DNA of 32,000 nt, taken from Candidatus Kuenenia stuttgartensis (GTDB lineage Bacteria; Planctomycetota; Brocadiia; Brocadiales; Brocadiaceae). A program made the position numbers and the translations under genes. A model generated the notes under the pieces. It was not told where the DNA came from, made no database searches, and saw nothing but the letters and a program-made list of their open reading frames with translations. Below are positions 24,038-32,000 of this stretch, in pieces. The stretch is from contig NZ_LT934425.1 in assembly GCF_900232105.1 (NCBI RefSeq), positions 150,001 to 182,000 on the forward strand. Direction: 5' to 3'. How positions within the stretch are numbered: the stretch's first letter is position 1; each line of letters begins with the position of its first letter.

Positions 24038-24183
24038 CGAACCAGCCGGGAGTGTGTAAAACACCCCTAAACCTGGCAAGGGGGATGATTCGTTAAATCG
24101 TTTCAACCACTTAACCACTTCACCATTTGACTATTCGACTATTTGACCACTTAACTATTCCATAAAGCAAAAAGGAAGAAACA

Positions 24184-26340
24184 ATGGATTTGGATACAAA
24201 CACAAACAAAACGGCGCAGGAACTTTCTCTTTCTGCAAAGCAGGTAAGCGCAGTAATAGCCCTTTTGGATGAGGGGAATACGGTGCCTTTTATTGCGAGG
24301 TACCGGAAAGAAATGACCGGTAGCCTGGATGAGGTGGCGATATTGGCAATAAGAGACAGGATAACCCAATTGCGTGAACTGGATAAACGAAGAGAAACTA
24401 TTTTAAATTCATTGACAAAGCAGGAAAAACGCACACCTGAATTAGAAAAGGCGGTGAAAGAAGCAGAAACCCTAACGGCGCTTGAGGATATTTATCTGCC
24501 TTACAAGCCAAAGAGGAAAACGAGAGCAACTGCCGCAAGGGAAAAAGGGCTGGAACCATTCGCGAAACTGATTTTTGAACAGAAAGAGTTTGATGTGCGT
24601 GCCGAAGCTGCCAGTTATATTGATGCGGAGAAGGGGGTAACGACAGAAGAAGAAGCATTGCAGGGAGCCAGAGACATCATTGCCGAATGGGTCAATGAGG
24701 ATGCGGATACCCGAAAGGCAATGAGGGAACTGTTCCTTAAGGAAGGTATTCTTACCTCAGAAGTGATAAAAGGAAAAGAAGAGGATGCGCAAAAATATAA
24801 GGATTATTTTGAGTGGAAGGAACCTGTCGCTTCCGTTCCTTCACACAGGATGCTTGCCATGCGCAGGGGAGAAAAAGAGCAGTTTCTCTTGCTGAGCATA
24901 GCGCCCCCGCAAGAGATGGCAATCGATCTTTTAAAACGCAAATACCTTGTTTCGAAAAACGAGATATCGGCACAGGTAGAACTAGCCCTAACGGATGCGT
25001 ACAAAAGGTTGCTGAGCCTCAGCATGGAAACCGAGATACGGCTGAACGCCAAGAAGGAAGCAGATGAAGAGGCGATACAGGTGTTTGCAAAAAATCTCAG
25101 ACAATTATTACTGGCATCCCCGCTGGGACAGAAAAACATCCTCGCCATAGACCCCGGTTTCCGCACCGGATGCAAGGTGGTATGTCTGGATAGACAGGGC
25201 AAGCTGCTCCATAATGAAACAATCTTTCCGCATGAGCCGCAAAAGAAGATTGCTGAATCGGCTTCAGCGCTGCAAAACCTTTGCAAAAAATTTGCGATTG
25301 AAGCAATCGCGATAGGAAACGGCACGGCGGGTAGAGAAACGGAACGTTTTGTAAAAGGCATAGATTTGCCCGGCGGTATTATTACCGTGATGGTAAATGA
25401 AAGCGGGGCGTCCATATATTCTGCCAGCGATATTGCCAGGGAGGAATTCCCTGATTATGATATAACCGTTCGCGGTGCGGTATCCATTGGCAGAAGGCTG
25501 TCTGACCCCTTGTCAGAATTGGTAAAAATAGAGCCCAAATCCATTGGTGTGGGACAGTATCAGCACGATGTTGACCAAACGGCTCTCCGGCAGTCACTCG
25601 ATGATGTAGTGATGAGCTGCGTGAATTCTGTGGGTGTGGAACTGAATACGGCAAGCAGTGAATTGCTTTCATATGTTTCCGGACTCGGACAGCAACTGGC
25701 AAAAAAGATTGTTGAATACAGAAACGAACATGGACCCTTCCGTAGCAGGAGGGAACTGGTTGAAGTGCCGAGGCTAGGTGATAAGGCGTTTGAACAGGCG
25801 GCAGGGTTCCTGAGGATAAGGAACGGCGAAAATCTTCTGGACGCCAGCGCAGTGCATCCGGAAAGTTATTATATTGTTGAAAAAATGGCGGAAAATTTGA
25901 ATTGCGGCGTAGAAGATCTCATGAAAAACCCTGCGCTTCGCAACAAAATCGACCTGAAGAAATACGTGACTGAAGAAACAGGTCTGCCAACGCTCAATGA
26001 TATTCTCAGTGAGTTGGATAAACCAGGACGTGACCCAAGGGAAAAGTTCGAGGCTTTTTCTTTTCAGGATGACATTAATGCAGTAGAAGATCTGGAAACA
26101 GGGATGACATTACCGGGGATTGTCACAAATATTACCAATTTTGGGGCATTTGTAGATATAGGGGTTCATCAGGACGGGCTGGTGCACATCAGCAATATGG
26201 CGGATAAATATGTTAAAAACCCTGCAGACGTTGTCAGCGTTCATCAAAAAGTAATGGTGACAGTAATCGAGGTGGATATTGGAAGAAAGCGGATCTCGCT
26301 TTCAATGAAGAGTGACCCGTTCGGGAAAGAAAGAAAATAA
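24184..26340 (+). CDS. tex: Tex-family transcription accessory protein (YqgF/HhH/S1 RNA-binding)
   Basis: 718 aa. VSAVIALLDEGNTVPFIARYRKEMTGSLDEV N-terminus, YqgF-like ILAIDPGFRTGCKV, and a C-terminal S1 domain GIVTNITNFGAFVDIGVHQDGLVHIS. Confidence 0.93.
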   Translation: MDLDTNTNKTAQELSLSAKQVSAVIALLDEGNTVPFIARYRKEMTGSLDEVAILAIRDRITQLRELDKRRETILNSLTKQEKRTPELEKAVKEAETLTALEDIYLPYKPKRKTRATAAREKGLEPFAKLIFEQKEFDVRAEAASYIDAEKGVTTEEEALQGARDIIAEWVNEDADTRKAMRELFLKEGILTSEVIKGKEEDAQKYKDYFEWKEPVASVPSHRMLAMRRGEKEQFLLLSIAPPQEMAIDLLKRKYLVSKNEISAQVELALTDAYKRLLSLSMETEIRLNAKKEADEEAIQVFAKNLRQLLLASPLGQKNILAIDPGFRTGCKVVCLDRQGKLLHNETIFPHEPQKKIAESASALQNLCKKFAIEAIAIGNGTAGRETERFVKGIDLPGGIITVMVNESGASIYSASDIAREEFPDYDITVRGAVSIGRRLSDPLSELVKIEPKSIGVGQYQHDVDQTALRQSLDDVVMSCVNSVGVELNTASSELLSYVSGLGQQLAKKIVEYRNEHGPFRSRRELVEVPRLGDKAFEQAAGFLRIRNGENLLDASAVHPESYYIVEKMAENLNCGVEDLMKNPALRNKIDLKKYVTEETGLPTLNDILSELDKPGRDPREKFEAFSFQDDINAVEDLETGMTLPGIVTNITNFGAFVDIGVHQDGLVHISNMADKYVKNPADVVSVHQKVMVTVIEVDIGRKRISLSMKSDPFGKERK

Positions 26341-26349
26341 TGGGGATTG

Positions 26350-27933
26350 TCACGATGTTTTCCGCAAAATTTTACCGTTTTTAATGCCGGAGTGTTTACC
26401 CTTCTGCACGGTAACGTTTCCATTTACAATTACATATTCAACTCCAACCGAATATTGATGAGGGTTTGCAAAGGTACTCTTGTCAGTAATTGTTTCCGGA
26501 TTAAAGATTGTTATGTCGGCAAAATATCCTTCTTTTATGAAACCCCGCCGGTCTAATCCCACCTTTTGAGCCGGGATACCCGTCATTTTCCAGATCGCCT
26601 CTTCTATCGAAAAAAGCTTTTTTTCTCTGTAAAATGTCCCCAATACCCTGGAAAACGTCCCATAACTTCGCGGATGAGGGTTGCCATCAGCAAGTACACC
26701 CTCGCCGGAGCGGGTGGAACTATCGGAACCCACGCATACAAAATCCCAACTCAATATGCTTTCCAGATTTTTTTCAGACATATTAAACAAAAAAATATCC
26801 ACCCTGGTATCCTCTTCTATCAGAAGATCTAACACCTCCTCCAGCGGAGGCTTCTTCTGTATCGCAGCAATTTCTGCAATAGATTTCCCCACCATCCACC
26901 TGTTTTTCTGAGTAGAAACAGATGAAATCACTATATCTGACCAAAATGGAGACTCATCAGTTTTTGACATCTCTCCAGCAATGCGCTTTCTTACCGCACG
27001 GTCTCTTAATCTTTGTATTTGATCTTCTGTGCCTCCATCGTATACCCAGGCAGGCAAAATGACATCGAGGTCCGTCGCTGCTGCTGTATAGGGATAGCGA
27101 TCACAGGTAACATTCACCCCTTCGTTTATTGCATACGCTATCAATGCCTTTACCTTCTCCAATTTGTGCCAATTTTCCTGTCCCATTGTCTTAATATGCG
27201 ATATCTGCACATTAACGCCGGTCTCTTCCGCCACCTTTATCGCTTCAGCAATGGCATTTTCCAGGTCATCGCCTTCATTTCGTATATGGGTGGCATAGAG
27301 TCCGCCATATTCTTTCACTCTATTGCACATTGTTACCAGTTCATCAAATTCCGCATAACAGCCCGGCGGATAGACCAGGCCGCTGGACATGCCAAAAGCG
27401 CCGGCTTTCATAGCTTCTTCCAGGTACTTGCACATTACCGATAATTCATCCTTAGTGGCAGCCCTGCCATCATATCCTAAAGCACACGCTCTGATATTCC
27501 CATGGCCCACAAGAAAAGCCCTGTTGACGGAACTATTTATCCCTTCCGCAACATCAAAAAACCCTTGGGCAGAACGCCATGAGGGAACGATGCCGTATTT
27601 TGACAATCCTTGCCTGCGCCGTTCCAATAATTTTCCCCGCAACGGAAAAGCAGACAACCCACAATTGCCACAAACCTCCGTAGTGACGCCGTCCAGTATT
27701 TTGCTTTCACTTTCCCGGCACGCAAGCCACAGAAAATCGCTATGAGAGTGAATGTCAATGAATCCCGGAGCAACGATCATCCCCTCTGCATCAATTCGTG
27801 TGCAGGTATTACAGGAAATATGATCATCTATTACTTCAATCTTATTTCCCTTTATACCAACGTCCATTTTTTTACCAGGCATTCCGGTACCGTCTATCAA
27901 TAAACCTTTTTCTATTATCAAATCAAGATCCAT
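26350..27933 (-). CDS. N-acyl-D-amino-acid deacylase (D-aminoacylase) family amidohydrolase
   Basis: 527 aa. GLLIDGTG...VGIKGNKI...DAEGMIVAPGFIDIHSHSD metal-binding start, a later ISHIK.., and a C-terminal GYFADITIFNPETI..VEYVIVNG pattern typical of the family. Confidence 0.85.
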   Translation of the reverse strand: MDLDLIIEKGLLIDGTGMPGKKMDVGIKGNKIEVIDDHISCNTCTRIDAEGMIVAPGFIDIHSHSDFLWLACRESESKILDGVTTEVCGNCGLSAFPLRGKLLERRRQGLSKYGIVPSWRSAQGFFDVAEGINSSVNRAFLVGHGNIRACALGYDGRAATKDELSVMCKYLEEAMKAGAFGMSSGLVYPPGCYAEFDELVTMCNRVKEYGGLYATHIRNEGDDLENAIAEAIKVAEETGVNVQISHIKTMGQENWHKLEKVKALIAYAINEGVNVTCDRYPYTAAATDLDVILPAWVYDGGTEDQIQRLRDRAVRKRIAGEMSKTDESPFWSDIVISSVSTQKNRWMVGKSIAEIAAIQKKPPLEEVLDLLIEEDTRVDIFLFNMSEKNLESILSWDFVCVGSDSSTRSGEGVLADGNPHPRSYGTFSRVLGTFYREKKLFSIEEAIWKMTGIPAQKVGLDRRGFIKEGYFADITIFNPETITDKSTFANPHQYSVGVEYVIVNGNVTVQKGKHSGIKNGKILRKTS

Positions 27934-27984
27934 TTTTCGTGTTATCTCTTTTCGTTCTATTCTGTAAACAAGGGGAAAGGGATT

Positions 27985-28179
27985 TTATTCTTCCACTAAT
28001 GAGGATGGTTTATCCAGCCCCAGTACTGTATCTACATCTTTGTGGAGTGAATCGAGGTCTGTCTTGATGGTGTCGATGTGCCTTTTGCAGTGTGTGGATG
28101 AGCAACCGGTAAAATAAGGAAGAGCTGCTATTAAAAAGACTGGCAGAAAGAAGTGTTCTTTAAAAGAATTTCGTTTCAT
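27985..28179 (-). CDS. Small hypothetical lipoprotein
   Basis: 64-aa ORF with signal peptide and lipobox (MKRNSFKEHFFLPVFLIAALPYFTGCSS). No family recognised and the RBS is weak. Confidence 0.5.
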   Translation of the reverse strand: MKRNSFKEHFFLPVFLIAALPYFTGCSSTHCKRHIDTIKTDLDSLHKDVDTVLGLDKPSSLVEE

Positions 28180-28235
28180 GGTTAAATGTCCAAAAAATAA
28201 GTGTTCTTTTTATAAATGTTTCATCCGGCAAAGAA

Positions 28236-28280
28236 AATCGGCAATCTACAGTCGGCAAATTGCAGACAGTGGATTGTAGA
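28236..28280 (+). repeat. Third copy of the AATCGGCAATCTACAGTCGGCA..AATTGCAGA tract
   Basis: AATCGGCAATCTACAGTCGGCAAATTGCAGA is identical to 8338-8375, except that the latter carries one extra GTCGGCA unit. Confidence 0.8.
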
Positions 28281-28324
28281 AATTATTATAAGAACCTCAA
28301 CTTATCGAGAAGTTACATTTTCCT

Positions 28325-28389
28325 GTAGGCAGTGCCTACCCGGCGCGGGTTCAGGTTTGTAACCTGAACCAAACGTTTTATACTTTCAA
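28325..28389. repeat. Two palindromic units plus a 36-nt segment shared with 23579-23614, abutting the rpoN stop codon
   Basis: GTAGGCAGTGCCTAC (28325-28339). GGTTCAGGTTTGTAACCTGAACC (28348-28370, 10-bp stem). GGTTTGTAACCTGAACCAAACGTTTTATACTTTCAA (28354-28389) matches GGTTTGCAACATGAACCAAACGTTTTATACTTTCAA (23579-23614) at 34/36. Confidence 0.75.
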
Positions 28390-28395
28390 TCCAGC

Positions 28396-29853
28396 CTAAT
28401 ATGCTTTTCGCTGTCTTGACGAGGGTATTTTCAGAATACGGCGGTATTTGGTGACCGTTCTCCTGGCTATGTCTACCCCTGAGGCGCCTAATTTATCTGC
28501 AACCTCTTCATCGCTCAATGGGTTTGATTTATCTTCTTTTGCAATAATTTCAATAAGTTTCTGCCGGATAGATTCCCATGATTCCATATTACCGTCGGCA
28601 TTCTGAAAACCTCCTGTGAAGAAAAATTTCATTTCAAAAACGCCCTGCGGGGTTTGGATATATTTATGGGCAATTGCACGGCTCACCGTTGAAACATGGA
28701 CGCCAACAATATCGGCAACGTCCTGCATCTTCAATGTTCGCAGGCGGTGAACTCCTTCATCTAAAAAGCCCTTTTGCATGCTTACAATTTTGCATGCTAC
28801 TTTATATAATGTACTCCTCCGTTGCTCTATGGCATCAACCAGCCATTTAGCAGATTCAATCTTCTTCTGTATATACTGGCGCGTTGAACTATCAATATTG
28901 CTTTCACTCAAGGATTTTCTATAAAAGGAGCTAATATGCAAATGTGGTATATTAGCATTATCAATCAAAAACACCTCATATTCCCCGTCAATTTGTTCTA
29001 CCTTCACTTCAGGGACCACATACGGAATTGTTTCATCGTTAAATACGGAACCGGGTTTTGGGTTTAGTGTACGAATAAATTCTACCTGTTTTTTTATAGT
29101 TTCAAGGCTATATCCTGTTTTCTTTGCTATGGCAGGATATTTTCTTGATTCGATTTCTAATAAATAATTTTGCAGAAGATCCTTTGTTATGTGGTAATTC
29201 GGGTCACGATTGTCTAACTGTAACAGTAAACATTCCTGTAAATTTCTCGCACCGATACCAGGCGGTTCCAATGTCTGTACAATTTCTAACGCCTTTTCAG
29301 CATCCGCCAAAGAAACAGGTTTTTCAAAAGATGAAACTATTTCTTCTAACGAACCTGATAAATACCCGGAGGTATCAACAGAATAAATAATGTTCTCACA
29401 TGCTTCATAAAGATGTTCAGGAACTTCCATAAGCGATAACTGCCCCAGCAGGTAATCATGAAGCGACATTGGTTTGGTGGCAGTATTTTCCAATGCCTCT
29501 TGTTTCTGATCGCGTTCATCAGAAAGGGCACTCTTCCGGATTGTCGTCTTCGAATAATATTCATTCCAATCTTCCGCCATCTCATTATGCCGGTCAACCT
29601 CTGCCTTTTTGGCGTCATCCCATTCGGTTTGAGCAGCATTTTCTCCGGCAATTGAGCTGTCTTCTGAGACAGGGCTATCTTCTTTAGGTTGTTCAACCAC
29701 CTCCTCAAGAACCGGGTTATCCAGCAGCTCTTGCTGTATGCGCTCTGCCAGGGCCAATAACGGAAGCTGGAGTATTTCTATAGACTGAATTATCTGGGGA
29801 GACAACTTCATCTTTTGCTGGAGTTGCGGCAATAAAGAAGACTGCATTTTCAT
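28396..29853 (-). CDS. rpoN: RNA polymerase sigma-54 factor
   Basis: 485 aa. N-terminal region I: LSPQIIQSIEILQLPLLALAERIQQELLDNPVLEE. C-terminal HTH and RpoN box: VADIVGVHVSTVSRA ... ARRTVTKYR. Confidence 0.95.
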   Translation of the reverse strand: MKMQSSLLPQLQQKMKLSPQIIQSIEILQLPLLALAERIQQELLDNPVLEEVVEQPKEDSPVSEDSSIAGENAAQTEWDDAKKAEVDRHNEMAEDWNEYYSKTTIRKSALSDERDQKQEALENTATKPMSLHDYLLGQLSLMEVPEHLYEACENIIYSVDTSGYLSGSLEEIVSSFEKPVSLADAEKALEIVQTLEPPGIGARNLQECLLLQLDNRDPNYHITKDLLQNYLLEIESRKYPAIAKKTGYSLETIKKQVEFIRTLNPKPGSVFNDETIPYVVPEVKVEQIDGEYEVFLIDNANIPHLHISSFYRKSLSESNIDSSTRQYIQKKIESAKWLVDAIEQRRSTLYKVACKIVSMQKGFLDEGVHRLRTLKMQDVADIVGVHVSTVSRAIAHKYIQTPQGVFEMKFFFTGGFQNADGNMESWESIRQKLIEIIAKEDKSNPLSDEEVADKLGASGVDIARRTVTKYRRILKIPSSRQRKAY

Positions 29854-29923
29854 TAAAAATCACCTTCCCAAAAATTAACTATAAATAACTGGTGTTGTGT
29901 TTCAGTAAAAAACATACGTTAAA

Positions 29924-30571
29924 TTAGTTCCTCATCTCATTCCTATCACTGACCGCATCGGCTACAATAGCGGTATTTGCATATTCAAGATAACTGCCCG
30001 TCGGCAACCCGCGGGCAATCCTCGTCACTTTAACGCCAAATGATTGTAATTGTTTATGTATATATACGGCGGTTATATCCCCTTCCATATTCAAATTAGT
30101 GGCAAGTATCACCTCTTTAACGCTGCCGTCTTTTACTCTTTGCAAAAGTCTGCCAATAGTGAGTAAGTCGGGGTCAATACCCTCAAGGGGGGAAATATGT
30201 CCCTGGAGTATATGATAATGACCATTATATTTGCCAGTTTTTTCAATGGTTAGTAAATCTGCGAACTGTTCAACAACGCAAATAATTGAACTATCCCTGC
30301 GTAAATTACTACAAATATGGCATGGGCTATTTTCTGAGACGTTAAAGCAAACAGTACAGATTTTCATATATTTCTTTACATCGCGAATAGCATACGCCAG
30401 CTTCATAGCATCGTCAACCGGCTGTTTTAAAACATAACAGGCTAACCGTTCTGCGGTCTTCTGCCCAATCCCTGGCATTTTCCCAAACTCACTAATAAGG
30501 TTATTCACTGTTTGCGGATAAGTATTCAAAGTACATACCTCTTTAAGATCAATGAACGAATCATCCTCCAA
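29924..30571 (-). CDS. recR: Recombination protein RecR
   Basis: [20 protein letters not shown] HhH, Cys4 zinc finger [16 protein letters not shown], and a Toprim region. A likelier start may be TTG 30529 (AAGAGG upstream), giving ~202 aa. The tracked ATG 30571 overlaps ybaB by 11 nt. Confidence 0.92.
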   Translation of the reverse strand: MEDDSFIDLKEVCTLNTYPQTVNNLISEFGKMPGIGQKTAERLACYVLKQPVDDAMKLAYAIRDVKKYMKICTVCFNVSENSPCHICSNLRRDSSIICVVEQFADLLTIEKTGKYNGHYHILQGHISPLEGIDPDLLTIGRLLQRVKDGSVKEVILATNLNMEGDITAVYIHKQLQSFGVKVTRIARGLPTGSYLEYANTAIVADAVSDRNEMRN

Positions 30572-30908
30572 ACATTCCTTGCATGCCTGGAATATTTAGC
30601 CCACCGGTAAATTTTCCCATCTCGGATTGATATAATTCCTGAGATTTTTTCAACGCCTGGGAAACGGCGGAAAGGATAAGATCTTCCAGCATCTGAACAT
30701 CTTCCGGGTCTACCACTTCCGGGTCAATTTTTATAGAAAGGATTTCCTGCTTCCCATTCATGTGTACCGTAATCATACCGCCGCCGGAGGTAGCCTCTAT
30801 TACACGTTCTTTCAAATCCCTCTGTGCATCCTCCATCTGCTTTTGCATTTTTTGCGCCTGCTTCTGCATCTGTTTCATCATTTCTGTCATATTGCCAAAA
30901 CCCTTCAT
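30561..30908 (-). CDS. ybaB: YbaB/EbfC-family nucleoid-associated protein
   Basis: [32 protein letters not shown]...[44 protein letters not shown]. The start at ATG 30908 is preceded by AGGGGGGG; the tracked ORF start at 30950 is probably too long. Confidence 0.9.
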   Translation of the reverse strand: MKGFGNMTEMMKQMQKQAQKMQKQMEDAQRDLKERVIEATSGGGMITVHMNGKQEILSIKIDPEVVDPEDVQMLEDLILSAVSQALKKSQELYQSEMGKFTGGLNIPGMQGMFGG

Positions 30909-30918
30909 GTCACCCCCC

Positions 30919-32000
30919 CTATCGGTTAACTTTAATAACACGACCGTCAAATAATTCTAACGTTTTTTTTACTGCCGGTTCTGAAAACACCGTATCGTTT
31001 ATTTGCTGTGCACCACCATTGTCCAAACTTTGGCTCTGTCTGTTCTCTTCCGGCTCTTCTTTTTCAGATAGTACAAGCTTCAGTTCCATAAACCCCGGCA
31101 CCACTTCTTTCGCACAATTTTCGATAAGTTTTTTTTCTTCCGGTTGCTCCAACCTTTCTTTCTGAAAAAGAAATTTTCTGGGAAATGCAACTACCAATAC
31201 TCCAGCATCGCTGCTTACCAGCCGGCCTTCCTTGAAAAACGCCCAGGTAGATTTTTTCTTTTTCTGAATGCTTTTAAGGATATCCCCCCATACCTCGTTT
31301 TTTTCCATTGCGATACCTGGAGTTATTTTTTCTTCTTTTGCAGGAGGTATCACGTCGCCTTCTTCTATTGATTTTTCCGACACTGTCTGCCGGGCAAACG
31401 ATTCTGCGGGAAGGAGAATAGCACTACCTCTCTTGCCAGGGATATTGTCAACTTGCTCCAGTTTTTCCTCTAATGTCGTTATGCGTTCAATAAGACCAGA
31501 CAATGCGTCGATAGATTCCATCCGGCACAGTTTTATAATGGCCATTTCCGCAGAAATCCGCTGCAGCAAAGAATCCGTTGAACGTATCCTCATCACGGAA
31601 AGCATTTGAATCATATACATCAGTGTATCGCCGGAAAATGATTTTTCAAAGCGCTGAATAAAAGACTCGTCATACTCCGCCCATACTGCTTCCTGGCCGC
31701 AGGACGAAAACACCAAAAGATCTCTTAACCGCAGAAGCAACTGATCAATAAACTCCGCCGGAGTCTTTCCCTCATTCAGAATATCATCCACAATTCTCAG
31801 CGCACCTGAAGTATCTTTGTTCACAAAACACTCAAACATACTATAAATCTTATCATCATCAATATACCCCAGCACATAATTTACATCCGCCGAAGTTACG
31901 TTGTCATCGCAGAAAGAAAAGAGTTGATCAAGCACAGATTGTGAATCCCTTAATCCTCCCTTTGCATATTTTGCAATCGTATGGAGTGCAGCAGACTCTA
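30919..32000 (-). CDS. dnaX: DNA polymerase III subunits gamma/tau, C-terminal part (5' end beyond the window)
   Basis: The minus-strand frame stays open to base 32000 (..[26 protein letters not shown]..), which is the DnaX domain II/III junction motif. It stands in the classical dnaX-ybaB-recR order. Confidence 0.88.
   Translation of the reverse strand, partial: ESAALHTIAKYAKGGLRDSQSVLDQLFSFCDDNVTSADVNYVLGYIDDDKIYSMFECFVNKDTSGALRIVDDILNEGKTPAEFIDQLLLRLRDLLVFSSCGQEAVWAEYDESFIQRFEKSFSGDTLMYMIQMLSVMRIRSTDSLLQRISAEMAIIKLCRMESIDALSGLIERITTLEEKLEQVDNIPGKRGSAILLPAESFARQTVSEKSIEEGDVIPPAKEEKITPGIAMEKNEVWGDILKSIQKKKKSTWAFFKEGRLVSSDAGVLVVAFPRKFLFQKERLEQPEEKKLIENCAKEVVPGFMELKLVLSEKEEPEENRQSQSLDNGGAQQINDTVFSEPAVKKTLELFDGRVIKVNR

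Noticed and set aside
23153-24183. Looked by eye for tRNA, tmRNA, RNase P, SRP and 6S signatures in the long gene-free stretches. Also scanned 836-937, 4171-4934, 8144-8642, 14792-15172 and 17067-17253.
   Set aside because: I found no conserved core motifs: no T-loop GGTTCGAATCC-type sequence, no RNase P GAGGAAAGTCC, no SRP domain IV motif. A covariance-model scan would be needed for a definitive answer.
24804-25415. 203-aa ORF antisense to tex. Similar long antisense ORFs lie inside the D-aminoacylase gene (27013-27444, 27389-27745), dnaX (30824-31165, 31268-31609), lepA, lysS and the 7TM gene.
   Set aside because: They lie entirely within well-supported genes on the opposite strand. They have low-complexity or odd composition (Ser/Arg/Cys-rich), no RBS and no recognisable family. 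These are typical shadow ORFs.
12902-29853. lptB and rpoN, adjacent in many Proteobacteria, are ~15 kb apart here and on opposite strands.
   Set aside because: The linkage is lineage-specific, not universal, so its absence in a non-proteobacterial genome is not informative.

Overview
This is a 32-kb chromosomal window from an AT-rich bacterium (roughly 40% GC by eye, not computed). The gene content includes a futalosine-pathway menaquinone enzyme, a signal peptidase I carrying Zn-ribbons, and a LamG/DUF1080-like secreted protein. That would fit a Planctomycetota-like genome, but this is only a guess. Most of the window is ordinary housekeeping: an MqnC/MqnE-like gene (partial), nitroreductase, HAD-IB hydrolase, EamA transporter, ROK glucokinase, lepA-lepB-lptB, a LysM/M23 lipoprotein, an FmdB zinc-ribbon protein, a HIT protein, ispD, a hemerythrin-like lipoprotein, lysS, tex, D-aminoacylase, rpoN, and the dnaX-ybaB-recR operon. 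Two accessory or decaying patches stand out. (i) 938-6300 holds a translationally coupled three-gene cassette: a retropepsin-like protease, a 7TM protein with a catalytically dead transglutaminase-like domain, and a RimK-like ATP-grasp ligase. It is bracketed by two direct copies of a 109-bp MITE-like element. It is followed by an orphan terminator, a truncated phage virion-morphogenesis gene and a heavily frameshifted sigma-54 activator pseudogene. (ii) 19.6-24.1 kb holds an ISL3-family IS whose transposase gene is split by a 2.1-kb IR-bounded insertion. That insertion itself carries an IS4-family IS with perfect 21-bp IRs and an 11-bp target duplication. About 0.9 kb of non-coding DNA built from nested inverted repeats follows. 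Intergenic DNA throughout carries GTAG-headed palindromes (REP/REPIN-like) and short-period (7-9 nt) tandem motifs; one 31-nt version recurs at three loci. The best candidate for an uncharacterised system is the three-gene cassette. Its families have been noted computationally, but I know of no established function. I recognised no rRNA, tRNA or CRISPR array.
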